Shown here: positions 1 to 9,043 of the stretch, one piece after another | Position numbering within the stretch: the first letter of the stretch is position 1 | How the letters are laid out: each line of letters begins with the position of its first letter | Assembly (NCBI GenBank): GCA_040256005.1 | Contig: JBDZWC010000016.1 | Location: 1 to 33,718, forward strand | Source: Deinococcaceae bacterium | Lineage (GTDB): Bacteria; Deinococcota; Deinococci; Deinococcales; Trueperaceae | DNA length: 33,718 nt | Reading direction: 5' to 3' | The notes under the pieces: model-generated | The model's input: the letters and a program-made list of their open reading frames with translations, nothing else | Told to the model about the DNA's origin: nothing | Databases searched by the model: none | Position numbers and translations under genes: made by a program

Positions 1-2
1 AC

Positions 3-128
3 AGCGAGAAGCACGGGATCGCCGAGATCATCATCGGCAAGCAGCGCAACGGCCCAACGGGTCAGCTCGAGGTCCAGTTCCACAACTCGCACGTACGCTT
101 CAACGACCTTCACCGGTCGCATTCCTAG
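3..128 (+). CDS. dnaB: Replicative DNA helicase DnaB, C-terminal fragment (gene starts before the window)
   Basis: Manual translation from position 3: SEKHGIAEIIIGKQRNGPTGQLEVQFHNSHVRFNDLHRSHS*. AEIIIGKQRNGPTG is the conserved DnaB C-terminal motif. TAG at 126-128. Confidence 0.93.
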   Translation, partial: SEKHGIAEIIIGKQRNGPTGQLEVQFHNSHVRFNDLHRSHS

Positions 129-374
129 CGGCACGTTCGGGGCTCGCCGGCGGTCGCCCTCGGATGGGGTCGCGCATCTGCCCTGCCGGCACGCAGCGCC
201 TGGTCGAGACCCGAAAGGTCCTGAAACGCGCCGCCGCAACGCGTCGCGCTAAGATAGACCAGTCCGTCTACTCCACGAGCGCCCCGCTCCCGAACGCCAC
301 TTCCGCGCAGCACCCTTAGACCGCAGGAAGGCCGATGGGGTTGGTATTTTTCACGCGGGAACATGAGGACTGCG

Positions 375-406
375 TGATAGAGTCGCCAGGATTTTCGAGG
401 AGGAGA
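375..406 (+). promoter_or_regulatory. Putative extended -10 promoter and Shine-Dalgarno site for pilM
   Basis: TG-A-TAGAGT at 375-383 (TGn-TAnnnT) and GAGGAGGAG at 398-406, just upstream of ATG 412. No convincing -35. Confidence 0.5.
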
Positions 407-411
407 CGTCT

Positions 412-1599
412 ATGTCCTCAACGCGCGAGCGCTTGTCGCGCTGGCTGAGTCCCAAGATCGAGGCCGTCGGCCTCGAGGTAGGGACGAGCGCACTCAAGGT
501 GGTGGAGCTGCGTCCCGGCACTCCGCCCGCCTTGAGCTCGCTGGCCTTGCGGCCAATGCCGCCCGGCCTCATCCAGGACGACCAGGTGACGGACGCACAG
601 GGCTTGGCCGAGGAGATCAAAGCCCTGTTCCATGACGCCGGCATCAGCCGGCGCTTCACCGTTACGGCTGTGAGCAACCGGCAGGCGATCACGAGGAACA
701 TACACGTACCTCGCATGACCGTCCAAGAGCTAGACGAGGCCATCAAGTGGGAAGCTGAACGCTACATCCCCTTCCCCATAGATGAGGTCATGCTCGACTA
801 CTTCGTCCTCGACAACCCCGAGGACGTCGAGGAGGGCGGCCAGCTCGAGGTCGTGATCGCGGCGGCCCGCCTCGACGAGGTGACCCAACAGGTCGAGTAC
901 CTCAAGCAGGCCGGGCTGGAGCCGTACGTCATCGACGTCAAGCCCTTCTCGCTGCTGCGCTCGCTCAAGGGCTCGCTCCTGGGTGAGCACCTCACCAGGA
1001 CCACCCTCGCCGGCGACCTCTACACGGAAGCCAACGAGATCGGTGTGGTCCTCGAGATCGCGGCGAGCACCTCGACCGTCACCCTGGTGCGCGGTCAGCG
1101 CGTGCTGATGAACCGCAACATCAACGTCAGTGGTGACGACTTCACCGCGGCCATCCAGCGCGCGTTCGGCCTGGACTTCGACAGCGCCGAAGAGGTGAAG
1201 ATCGAGTACGGCACCGCCACCATCCCCACCGAGGACGAGGAAGACCTCCTCAACTTCGACGCCAAGCGCGAGCAGTTCTCCCCCGGGCGTGTCTACGAAT
1301 CGCTGCGGCCGGTGCTGGTGGAGCTGACCACCGAGATCAGGCGCTCCCTCGAGTTCTTCCGCGTGCAGAGCGGCGACGCCAACATCAGCCGCATGCTGGT
1401 CACCGGCGGCGGCGCCAAGCTGCGCGGGCTGCCCGAGGCCATCGGCGACGCGCTCGGCTTCCGGGTCGAGCTCGGTGACCCCTGGCTGACGATCAACATC
1501 GACGAGAACCGCTTCGACACCCAGTACCTCAAGAAGGTCGCTTCGGAGTTCGCGGTGCCGCTGGGCCTCGCGCTACGGGGGGTGGCTGGCATTGATTAA
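412..1599 (+). CDS. pilM: Type IV pilus assembly protein PilM (actin-like fold)
   Basis: VGLEVGTSALKVVEL N-terminus, IKWEAERYIPFPIDEV, GDDFTAAI, TGGGAKL and GLALRG motifs; first gene of a pilMNO cluster. Confidence 0.96.
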   Translation: MSSTRERLSRWLSPKIEAVGLEVGTSALKVVELRPGTPPALSSLALRPMPPGLIQDDQVTDAQGLAEEIKALFHDAGISRRFTVTAVSNRQAITRNIHVPRMTVQELDEAIKWEAERYIPFPIDEVMLDYFVLDNPEDVEEGGQLEVVIAAARLDEVTQQVEYLKQAGLEPYVIDVKPFSLLRSLKGSLLGEHLTRTTLAGDLYTEANEIGVVLEIAASTSTVTLVRGQRVLMNRNINVSGDDFTAAIQRAFGLDFDSAEEVKIEYGTATIPTEDEEDLLNFDAKREQFSPGRVYESLRPVLVELTTEIRRSLEFFRVQSGDANISRMLVTGGGAKLRGLPEAIGDALGFRVELGDPWLTINIDENRFDTQYLKKVASEFAVPLGLALRGVAGID

Positions 1600-2200
1600 C
1601 ATCAACCTCCTCCCCAAGAACCTGCGCCGCGTTCGCGAGCCCGGTTACTGGCGTTTGCTCATCGTCATCTTCCCGCTTTTGGTCCTCGGAGTCGCCGCCC
1701 TGCTGCAGTACTTCGCGAGCACGACCGAGGCGAACCTCCAGCGCGAGAAGCTGGCACGCGAGGACCAGCTCGCCCTGCTGCAGCCGTTCCTGCGCGAGCA
1801 GCGCGACCTGCTGGCACGCCAGCAGCAGCTCAACGAGCTCATCGCCGTCGCCCGCTCGGTGCGCGAGAACCGCATCGTCTGGACGGGTGAGATCGCCGGC
1901 CTGTTGGAGACCTTGCCGGCGCAGGGCGCTTCCGGGCGGCCGAACATCGACTTCAGGCAGCTCAGCATGTCCGCCGTCGTGCCCCGCAGGGCCGATCCCA
2001 ACCGTTACGAGGGCCGGCCCATCGTGGCCGAGATGAACATCAGCGGCACCGTGGTCTCCACGGAGGTGCTGGCCCAGTTCATCCGGGCGCTCGAGACGTC
2101 TTCGGACTACGGAGTGGCCTTCCAGAGCGCCCAACGTCAGTCGGACACTGACCTCTACGACTACTCGCTAACAGTCGGCGCCGTGGCGGAGGAACAGTGA
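1592..2200 (+). CDS. pilN: Type IV pilus assembly protein PilN
   Basis: N-terminal INLLP motif (binds PilM), one TM helix, then a coiled coil. TTG start overlaps the pilM end. Confidence 0.92.
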   Translation: MININLLPKNLRRVREPGYWRLLIVIFPLLVLGVAALLQYFASTTEANLQREKLAREDQLALLQPFLREQRDLLARQQQLNELIAVARSVRENRIVWTGEIAGLLETLPAQGASGRPNIDFRQLSMSAVVPRRADPNRYEGRPIVAEMNISGTVVSTEVLAQFIRALETSSDYGVAFQSAQRQSDTDLYDYSLTVGAVAEEQ

Positions 2201-2787
2201 TGTTCCGGAACTTCAGCTTCAGCAAGCTGCGCCAGCGCGACCTCGCGATCATCGCGATCGTCCTCTCGCTGGTGGCCGGCGCGCTCTGGTACTTCTACAT
2301 GTACCGGCCCACGCAGGACAGGATCACGACCCTCGAGGCCGACATCACCAGGCTGGACACCGAGATCCGGCGGGGTGAGGACGCCAGGCGCAACCTGCCC
2401 GACCTCAGGCTGGCCGTGGCGCAGCTCGAGGAGGACCGGCGCATATTCCTCTCCGAGCTGCCGCGGGAGAGCGACATCTCGGGCCTCATCGACCAGCTGA
2501 GGACCTCGGCCAGTGACAGCGACGTCCTGGTCCAGAGGCTGAGCCAAGGCTCGGCCAACGAACAGATCCAAGAGGTCAGGCCCATCGGCTTCAGCGTTGC
2601 CACCCAGGGCACCTACGCCGACACGATGTCCTTCCTCGGCAGTCTCGAGGGCCTCCAGCGGTTCACCAAGATCGGCAACGTCTCGCTCTCCCTCGAGGAC
2701 AACGCGTCGTCAGACCCGATGCTGAACGCCTCTTACGACTTCACGGTCTACGTCTACACGGGCGAAGACCCAGGGGAGCTGGAGTAG
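2200..2787 (+). CDS. pilO: Type IV pilus assembly protein PilO
   Basis: Single N-terminal TM, coiled coil, LPRESDISGLI and GTYADTMSFLGSLEGLQRF PilO-type motifs. TGATG overlap with pilN; GGAGGA RBS; alternative GTG at 2197. Confidence 0.92.
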   Translation: MFRNFSFSKLRQRDLAIIAIVLSLVAGALWYFYMYRPTQDRITTLEADITRLDTEIRRGEDARRNLPDLRLAVAQLEEDRRIFLSELPRESDISGLIDQLRTSASDSDVLVQRLSQGSANEQIQEVRPIGFSVATQGTYADTMSFLGSLEGLQRFTKIGNVSLSLEDNASSDPMLNASYDFTVYVYTGEDPGELE

Positions 2788-4080
2788 ATGCAACTGTCTA
2801 GGACGGCCCGCTTCCTCATCGCCGCCCTGCTGCTCGCGGCCGCAGCCTTCGTGTGGGTGAACTTCTTCAACCAGGGCGACCTGGGGGGAGCGCCCACGGT
2901 TGCCGGCTCGCAGACACCCAGTGGTGCCATCAACGTGGGCGCGACGCCTGGCTCTCAGAACGGCGTGCCTGCCGCCTCGTTGGCCGGGGATCAGGCCAGC
3001 CAGGCCGCCAGCGGCTCGACGCCGGCGGCGGTGAACGGCCAGCCCACCGCGGTCGACGGTCAAGCCACGTCCGAGGGTGCCGGGCAGGCCCAGGCGGGAA
3101 CCCCAGAGACGTCGGATGACGTCTCGCCGGCGTCGGACGCGCAGGCGGTGACGCCGGAGACGGGCGCTCCGCCCGTCGTCGTGGCCGGTGGCGACCAGGT
3201 GGTCACCCGCGACCTCGTCGTCGAGCAGCTGCCGTTCCTCGTGCTCGGCCCGCCCTCTTCGGAAGGCGCCGAGGCTGCCGGCGGCGAAGCGGCCGGCGCG
3301 TCCCGCCCGCAGGCGTCACAGCGCGCCTCGATCAACCCGTTCTCCCCTGTCGTCGTCCGGGCCGAACCAGCCGCGGCGCCGCAGGTCGTCGCCCAGGCCG
3401 ACCAGCCACCGGCCAGCCCCACGATCGTCGAAGTGCAGTCCGACGGGCAACCGCCCGCCGCCTCGGCCTCGGCACAGGCGCAGGCGCCACAGGCACAGGC
3501 TCCGGCCGAGCCCGTCAGGGCGCCGGCGCCGCGCACGGTGGCACCGGCCGGCGTGGTCGCGTCGAACCTGCCGCGGGCGCTACCCTCCGGCACCCTGCCG
3601 GCCACGCCACAGATCCTCCGCGACGCTCGCAGCGCACCGGTAGTCGTCGAGCCGGTCGCCCCGAACCTCGGTGACCTGGCCGCCCTGCGCGAACCGGAGC
3701 CCGCTGCGGCAGACGTCACGCCGGTGGACACCTCCATCGCCACCGAGACGGCGGCGGTGGTGCCCGACCCGCTGGGGCCCGGCCGCCCGCTGTCGCAGCC
3801 AGTCCAGGCGAGCACGCCTACCAACACGCTGCCCCTGGCCGTCGGCGCGGACCCGCTCAGCCGTTACCTCCGCGACAACGACGTGCGGTTCACCGGCACG
3901 GTCCTCGGCCCGCTCAGCGTTGGCGTCTTCCGCTCCAGCAAGTTCTCGGCGCCGGTCATCCTCACGCTGGGCCAGGCGCTGCCGGAAACGGACATCATCC
4001 TCTCTGACCTGCGGGGGTACGAGGCCCGCTTCACGCAGGGCGACAGAACCCAGACACTCTCCTTGGACCTCAGGCGGTGA
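2788..4080 (+). CDS. pilW: PilW-like competence/pilus protein (Deinococcus-Thermus type), membrane-anchored and Ala/Pro-rich
   Basis: Lies between pilO and pilQ as in Thermus pilMNOWQ. N-terminal hydrophobic helix, long low-complexity region with LPFLV and NPFSP islands, short C-terminal beta-rich domain. Named mainly by position. Confidence 0.65.
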   Translation: MQLSRTARFLIAALLLAAAAFVWVNFFNQGDLGGAPTVAGSQTPSGAINVGATPGSQNGVPAASLAGDQASQAASGSTPAAVNGQPTAVDGQATSEGAGQAQAGTPETSDDVSPASDAQAVTPETGAPPVVVAGGDQVVTRDLVVEQLPFLVLGPPSSEGAEAAGGEAAGASRPQASQRASINPFSPVVVRAEPAAAPQVVAQADQPPASPTIVEVQSDGQPPAASASAQAQAPQAQAPAEPVRAPAPRTVAPAGVVASNLPRALPSGTLPATPQILRDARSAPVVVEPVAPNLGDLAALREPEPAAADVTPVDTSIATETAAVVPDPLGPGRPLSQPVQASTPTNTLPLAVGADPLSRYLRDNDVRFTGTVLGPLSVGVFRSSKFSAPVILTLGQALPETDIILSDLRGYEARFTQGDRTQTLSLDLRR

Positions 4081-4082
4081 TC

Positions 4083-5549
4083 ATGAAGCGAATCGGTATC
4101 GTCCTTTCGTTCCTCGCCCTGCTCGGGGCCGTCTACGCACAGGGTCAGCTGGCTCCCCTGCCCGATGACCCGCGCTACGACCAGCCCGTCGAGTTCGTGA
4201 CGGGTGCATCGGGCGAGTCGCTCCGCGCCATGATCCAGGGCCTCGCCCGGTCGATCGACCTCACGGCCATCACCGACGACGTGCCCGACGAGATCATCGT
4301 GTACGACATCGGCGACCCCAAGCCGTTCCGGCAGGTCTGGGACGTGGTGCTCACGCTCAACAACCTCGACTACGTGTTGCTGGAGAACGACCTCGTGGTC
4401 GTGGGCACGCCTGCTTCGGTAGCGCGCCTACGCGCCGGCGAGGCGCCTGCGGACACCGAGGCTCAGGCCGAGCCCACCGAGCAGCGCTTCTACCGCGTCA
4501 ACAACGACCCGGGTCAGGTCGTCCAGATCCTCACCCGCGCCGTGCCTGACGCGCAGGTCGAGGCGCTCCCCGGCACGAACAGCATCGTCGTCGTGGGCAC
4601 GGCCGCTCAGCACGACCGCGTCGCAGCGGCTCTCGAGCAGTTCGACCGCGCGGCCGAGCAGGTCGTGCTGGAACAGCGCACGTACTTCCTCTCCAACGCC
4701 GAAGCCAGCCAGCTCGCCAACGTGCTGCAGCAGACGGGCATCCTGACGAGCGGCGGCGAGGAAGGTCAGGCCAGCCGGTTGGAGGACTTCTCCGTCGTAG
4801 CCGAGCCGCGCACGAACAGCCTTATCGTCACTGGCCCGGCCGCGGTGCAGGCTCGCCTCGCCGAGCTCATCCCGCAGCTCGACCAGGCGCAGCGCCAGGT
4901 CAACATCCAGGTCCGCATCCAGGAAGTCAGCCGGTCCTTCTCGCAGGACTTCGGCCTGGACTTCAGCGGCGCCTTCGGCCAGATGCAAGCCAGCCTGCTC
5001 GACACCGGCCTGTCGTTCATCTTCGACATGACGTCGGCCGTCTCGAGCTTCAACATCATGGCCGTGCTGGACGCCCTCGAATCGCAGGGGCTCTCGCGCC
5101 GCGTCGACGACGCCAACCTGACGCTGCTCGACAAGCAGGAAGGCATCCTCATCTCCGGCGGCAACGCCCGGATCCTGCTCCCCAACGCGGCCGGCGAGGC
5201 CGTGCTCGAAGAGGTGGAGTACGGGGTGCAGCTCACCCTGACCCCGCTCATCGGCGCCGACGGCCGCATCACGATCAACGTGAACGCCGAGGTCTCTGAC
5301 CTGCTGCCGCCGCCCACGCCGGACGTCGTGCTTCACACGTCGACACGGCGCGTGTCCACCACGGTCACGCTCGTGCCGGGCCAGACGGTCCTCCTCGGCG
5401 GCCTGATGCAGGACGAGATCATCATCACCAAGAGGCGCCTGCCCATCGTCGGGTCGATCCCGATCATCGGCGAGCTCTTCGGCTCCACGGAGACCGAGGA
5501 GACCTCGGGCGAGCTGCTCCTGATCATCACCGCCGACATCATCGAGTAG
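4083..5549 (+). CDS. pilQ: Secretin PilQ (type IV pilus/competence outer-membrane pore)
   Basis: Signal peptide, N3-like repeats (TNSIVVVG, RTNSLIVTG) and secretin domain (QVNIQVRIQEV, GQTVLLGGL, LPIVGSIPIIGELF). Alternative GTG at 4077. Confidence 0.93.
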   Translation: MKRIGIVLSFLALLGAVYAQGQLAPLPDDPRYDQPVEFVTGASGESLRAMIQGLARSIDLTAITDDVPDEIIVYDIGDPKPFRQVWDVVLTLNNLDYVLLENDLVVVGTPASVARLRAGEAPADTEAQAEPTEQRFYRVNNDPGQVVQILTRAVPDAQVEALPGTNSIVVVGTAAQHDRVAAALEQFDRAAEQVVLEQRTYFLSNAEASQLANVLQQTGILTSGGEEGQASRLEDFSVVAEPRTNSLIVTGPAAVQARLAELIPQLDQAQRQVNIQVRIQEVSRSFSQDFGLDFSGAFGQMQASLLDTGLSFIFDMTSAVSSFNIMAVLDALESQGLSRRVDDANLTLLDKQEGILISGGNARILLPNAAGEAVLEEVEYGVQLTLTPLIGADGRITINVNAEVSDLLPPPTPDVVLHTSTRRVSTTVTLVPGQTVLLGGLMQDEIIITKRRLPIVGSIPIIGELFGSTETEETSGELLLIITADIIE

Positions 5550-5586
5550 CTGACCTGCGCGCCTCGAGCGCGAGCAGGAGAAACGC

Positions 5587-5633
5587 CGCCAAGGACCCCG
5601 CCTGTATCGCTCCGGCGGGGTCCTCGCTTGGCG
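5587..5633 (+). terminator. GC-rich hairpin after pilQ (likely terminator or processing site)
   Basis: AGGACCCCGCC (5592-5602) pairs with GGCGGGGTCCT (5614-5624), extendable by CGCCAAG/CTTGGCG. No long U-tract. Confidence 0.55.
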
Positions 5634-5678
5634 ACCGAGAGACGCCGCGGCGCCGTGTGGGACGGGACTAATGGCCCG

Positions 5679-5687
5679 TGCTACGCT
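5679..5687 (+). promoter_or_regulatory. Extended -10 element of a probable leaderless aroC transcript
   Basis: TG-C-TACGCT, 7 nt before ATG 5695, with no SD sequence. Confidence 0.6.
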
Positions 5688-5694
5688 CCTATGG

Positions 5695-6852
5695 ATGCTG
5701 AGGTACCTTTCGGCCGGGGAGTCCCACGGCCCCTCCCTGACCGTGATCGTAGACGGCGTCCCGGCGGGTCTCGATCTCGTCGCCAGCGAGCACATCGACC
5801 CCTGGCTGCGCAGGCGCCAGGGCGGCTACGGGCGCGGCCAACGCATGGTCATAGAGTCCGACGCCGCCACCCTGCTGGGCGGGGTGCGGGCCGGCCGCAC
5901 CACGGGGTCTCCCTTGGCGATAAGCATCGCGAACCGCGACAACGCGAACTGGCGCGAGGTCATGGACCCGCTGCCGGGCAACGAGCCTCGCAAGAGGGCG
6001 CTCACCGAGCCCAGGCCTGGTCACGCGGACCTGGCCGGCGGGATCAAGTACGGGCACAAGGACCTGCGGGACGTGCTCGAGAGGGCTTCGGCCCGTGAGA
6101 CCGCCAGCCGCGTGGCAGCGGGCGCCGTCGCGCTGCGGCTGCTCGACGCCGTTCGCGTCCAGGCTTGCGCCCGAGTCGTCAGCCTCGGGGGGATCGACTG
6201 CGACGGTGGCATGGACTGGTCGCGGGTCGGCGAGCTGGACGAGAGCCCGCTGCGCACCTTCGACCGAGAGGCCGAGGACGCGATCATCGACCGCATAGAC
6301 GCAGCCAAGGAGTCGGGAGACACGTTGGGCGGCATCGTCGAGGCGCGTTACCGCAACGTGCCCATCGGCCTGGGCTCGCACGTGCAGTGGGACCGCAAGC
6401 TCGACGGCCGCTTGGCCCAGGCCGTCATGAGCGTGCCGGCCATGAAGGGCTGCGAGATCGGCGACGGCTGGCGCAACGCCACTGTGCCCGGCAGCGAGGT
6501 CCACGATGCCATCACCGGGCGCGAGAGCGGTCGCTACGTGAGGGCGGGCAACCGCTCCGGAGGCCTCGAAGGCGGCATCACCAACGGCGAGGACCTGGTG
6601 GTGAGGGCCGCCATGAAGCCCATCGCGACGCTCATGCGACCCCTGCCAACCGTGGACGTGGTGACCCACCAACCGGCCGACGCCGCCCGTGAACGCTCGG
6701 ACGTCACCGCGGTGCCGGCGGCCTCGATCGTCGTACTGGCGATGGCCTCGCTGGTGCTGGCCGACGCGTTGCTCGAGAAGTTCGGCGGCGACACCATTCG
6801 GGAGGTCGTGGAGCGGGTGGAGTCCCACGTCGCCTACGCGGCGGCGTACTGA
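5695..6852 (+). CDS. aroC: Chorismate synthase
   Basis: MLRYLSAGESHG, PRPGHADL, ERASARETA, KPIATL and ERSDVTAVPAA signatures. Start moved from 5671 to 5695 on the basis of the family N-terminus and the -10 position. Confidence 0.97.
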   Translation: MLRYLSAGESHGPSLTVIVDGVPAGLDLVASEHIDPWLRRRQGGYGRGQRMVIESDAATLLGGVRAGRTTGSPLAISIANRDNANWREVMDPLPGNEPRKRALTEPRPGHADLAGGIKYGHKDLRDVLERASARETASRVAAGAVALRLLDAVRVQACARVVSLGGIDCDGGMDWSRVGELDESPLRTFDREAEDAIIDRIDAAKESGDTLGGIVEARYRNVPIGLGSHVQWDRKLDGRLAQAVMSVPAMKGCEIGDGWRNATVPGSEVHDAITGRESGRYVRAGNRSGGLEGGITNGEDLVVRAAMKPIATLMRPLPTVDVVTHQPADAARERSDVTAVPAASIVVLAMASLVLADALLEKFGGDTIREVVERVESHVAYAAAY

Positions 6853-7442
6853 TGACCTCTGTCGCTCCCAGGCGCCACCTGACGTCTGACCGCGTGGTGA
6901 CGTGGCTGGCGATGGCTGGCTTCATGGGCACCGGTAAGAGCCGTATCGGCTGGGAGCTGTCTAGACGCCTGCAGCTCACCTTCGTGGACACCGACAGGGT
7001 CATCGAGCGCGTGGGCTGCATGCGCATCACGGACATCTTCGAGCTGTACGGCGAGCAGGTGTTCCGCGACTACGAGACCGAGATCGTGAGGCGCTGCGTG
7101 CGTCTCGACGAGGTCGTGGTCTCGACCGGAGGCGGGACGGTGGTCAGAGAGGAGAACCGGCGGCTACTGAAAGCGCGCGGCCCCATCGTGGTCCTGACCG
7201 CCAGCCCCGAGACCGTGTACCGGCGCACACGGCGTCACAAACGGCCGATGCTCGAGATGGGCGACCCCCTGGAGCGCATCCGGCAGCTCATGGCGGCCAG
7301 ACAGCCGGCGTATGACGACGTGGCGACCTTCACGGTCTCCACCGACGGGCGCGACTCGGTCGATGTCGTGGAGGAGATCGTGGAGCGGCTCCAGGACTGG
7401 GGCGATGAGCCGGGAGCCGCCTGGCGTCCGGAGCAGGCCTGA
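6852..7442 (+). CDS. aroK: Shikimate kinase
   Basis: P-loop GFMGTGKS, DTD, GEQVFRDYE and STGGG motifs; overlaps the aroC stop. Confidence 0.96.
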   Translation: MTSVAPRRHLTSDRVVTWLAMAGFMGTGKSRIGWELSRRLQLTFVDTDRVIERVGCMRITDIFELYGEQVFRDYETEIVRRCVRLDEVVVSTGGGTVVREENRRLLKARGPIVVLTASPETVYRRTRRHKRPMLEMGDPLERIRQLMAARQPAYDDVATFTVSTDGRDSVDVVEEIVERLQDWGDEPGAAWRPEQA

Positions 7443-7455
7443 TGCCGAGGGTCCC

Positions 7456-8553
7456 ATGACGCTGACTGCGGCGCGCACGGTGCGCGTGGAGGTCTCACCC
7501 GTCTACCAGGTACACGTCGGCGCCGACCTGCTGCGCACGGCCGATACGCTCGTCGCACAGGAGAACCTCGCCCTCATCGCCGACGCCAACGTGCGTCACC
7601 TCTATGGGCACGACCTCGTGGACGCGCTGACGGACGCGGGCAAACGCGTCACGCGCGTCGCTTTCACGCCCGGCGAGGCCAGCAAGGACGTCGACACCTA
7701 CGCCCGCATCGTGCGCGAGCTGGCTCGCGCCGGACTGGGCCGCGACTCCGCGGTCCTCGCGCTCGGGGGCGGGGTCGCCGGCGACCTGGCCGGCTTCGTG
7801 GCCGCCACCTACCTGCGCGGCGTCCCCTACTACCAGTTCCCGACGACGCTCCTCGCGATGGTGGACTCCAGCGTGGGCGGCAAGACCGGCGTCGATCTGC
7901 CGGAGGGCAAGAACCTGCTGGGTGCCTACTGGCAACCGCGCGCGGTGCTGGCTGACGTCCTGACCCTGCGCTCCCTGCCCGTCAGGGAGCTGCGGCAGGG
8001 CGCGGCCGAGATGCTCAAGACAGGGCTCATCGGGGATCCGGTCCTGATCGACTTCGTGGACAATCAGATGGTCCGCGCCGTCACGCGCCAGGGGCAGCTC
8101 CCTGCCGACGACGAGCTCGTCGACGCCGTCGCCAGGTCGGTGGCGGTCAAGTCTTCGATCGTCGCTGCCGACGAACGCGAGCAGGGCGTGAGGTCGCACC
8201 TGAACCTCGGCCACACGCTCGGGCACGCCGTCGAAGCCGCCTCGCGCTTCGCGCTGCCGCACGGCGACTCGGTTTTCTACGGTCTGGTGTTCGCGGCGCT
8301 CCTCGGCAGGCGTCGGGGCCTGGCCGACGTGGTGGAGCGGCTCGTCGGCACCGTCAAGCGACTCGGGCCAGAACCCCTCCCGCAACTCGGTCTCGATGAC
8401 CTCATGCCGTTCATGGCGCGCGACAAGAAGGCACTAGCCGGCCGGCCGCGCTTCGTCCTGTTGGCCGACGTGGGTCGGCCGGTGGTGGTGGGCGACGTGA
8501 CCGACGATGAGATCCGGGCCGCATGGCGCGAGCTCGAGGAGATGATGCGATGA
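7456..8553 (+). CDS. aroB: 3-dehydroquinate synthase
   Basis: GEASKD, LGGGVAGDLAGF, PTTLLAMVDSSVGGKTG, LNLGHTLGHA and HG motifs. Start set at ATG 7456. Confidence 0.96.
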   Translation: MTLTAARTVRVEVSPVYQVHVGADLLRTADTLVAQENLALIADANVRHLYGHDLVDALTDAGKRVTRVAFTPGEASKDVDTYARIVRELARAGLGRDSAVLALGGGVAGDLAGFVAATYLRGVPYYQFPTTLLAMVDSSVGGKTGVDLPEGKNLLGAYWQPRAVLADVLTLRSLPVRELRQGAAEMLKTGLIGDPVLIDFVDNQMVRAVTRQGQLPADDELVDAVARSVAVKSSIVAADEREQGVRSHLNLGHTLGHAVEAASRFALPHGDSVFYGLVFAALLGRRRGLADVVERLVGTVKRLGPEPLPQLGLDDLMPFMARDKKALAGRPRFVLLADVGRPVVVGDVTDDEIRAAWRELEEMMR

Positions 8554-8975
8554 TCCTGGTCCTGAACGGCCCCAACCTGAACCTGCTCGGTAGTAGGGAG
8601 CCCGAGGTCTACGGCTCCGCCACCCTGGCCGACGTGCGAGCGGACCTCGAGACGCTCGCCGCCGAGGTGGGCACGAGCGTCGAGCTGCGCCAGTCCAACA
8701 GCGAGGGCCAGCTCATCGACTGGCTGCACGGGGCGGCCGCGGAAGGCGCCGTGGGCGTCGTGGTGAACCCGGGAGGCCTCAGCCACACGAGCGTCGCGCT
8801 GCGGGACGCGATCGCCGCGATAAGTGTGCCGGTCGTGGAAGTTCATGTCTCGAACGTGTACGCGCGCGAGAGCTTCAGGCACGTGAGCCTGACCGGTGGC
8901 GCCTGCGCGGGCGTCATCACCGGCCTAGGGGTGGCCGGCTACCGCCTGGCTATGCTCTACCTGTTGGGTCGCTGA
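8550..8975 (+). CDS. aroQ: Type II 3-dehydroquinate dehydratase
   Basis: MILVLNGPNLNLLGSREPEVYG, QSNSEG, NPGGLSHTSVALRDA and EVHVSN motifs; ATGA overlap with aroB. Confidence 0.97.
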   Translation: MILVLNGPNLNLLGSREPEVYGSATLADVRADLETLAAEVGTSVELRQSNSEGQLIDWLHGAAAEGAVGVVVNPGGLSHTSVALRDAIAAISVPVVEVHVSNVYARESFRHVSLTGGACAGVITGLGVAGYRLAMLYLLGR

Positions 8976-9043
8976 CGCCCTACCTGCTGGGGCGCTGACG
9001 CGTTACCTGCTGGGGTGCTGGTGCTCTACCTGTTGGGCCGCTA
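8952..9043 (+). repeat. Four tandem degenerate 23-bp repeats; the first unit is the aroQ 3' end
   Basis: Units: 8952 ATGCTCTACCTGTTGGGTCGCTG, 8975 ACGCCCTACCTGCTGGGGCGCTG, 8998 ACGCGTTACCTGCTGGGGTGCTG, 9021 GTGCTCTACCTGTTGGGCCGCTA. Confidence 0.93.

Noticed and set aside
200..330. c-di-GMP riboswitch or hammerhead ribozyme upstream of pilM (GAAA-loop hairpin, CTGAAA, minus-strand GGTCTAAGG)
   Set aside because: The required consensus elements (GGCAAA...GACGCAAAGC for c-di-GMP-I; CUGAnGA...GAAA...UH for hammerhead) are not present in the right order on either strand.
125..364. 79-aa minus-strand ORF in the dnaB-pilM spacer
   Set aside because: No SD or suitably placed -10, composition typical of non-coding GC-rich DNA, and no motif.
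7312..7455. Extended N-termini in the ORF track (aroB here; also rpsD, rpmC, rplW, lepA, aroQ)
   Set aside because: Artefacts of taking the most upstream start; family N-termini and overlap or RBS patterns indicate the downstream starts.
412..8553. Linkage of pilMNO(W)Q with aroC/aroK/aroB
   Set aside because: pilQ-aroK-aroB adjacency is a well-known conserved gene order, not novel.
8952..9043. Possible mini CRISPR array
   Set aside because: Units are directly adjacent with no unique spacers, are not palindromic, derive from aroQ coding sequence, and no cas genes are present.
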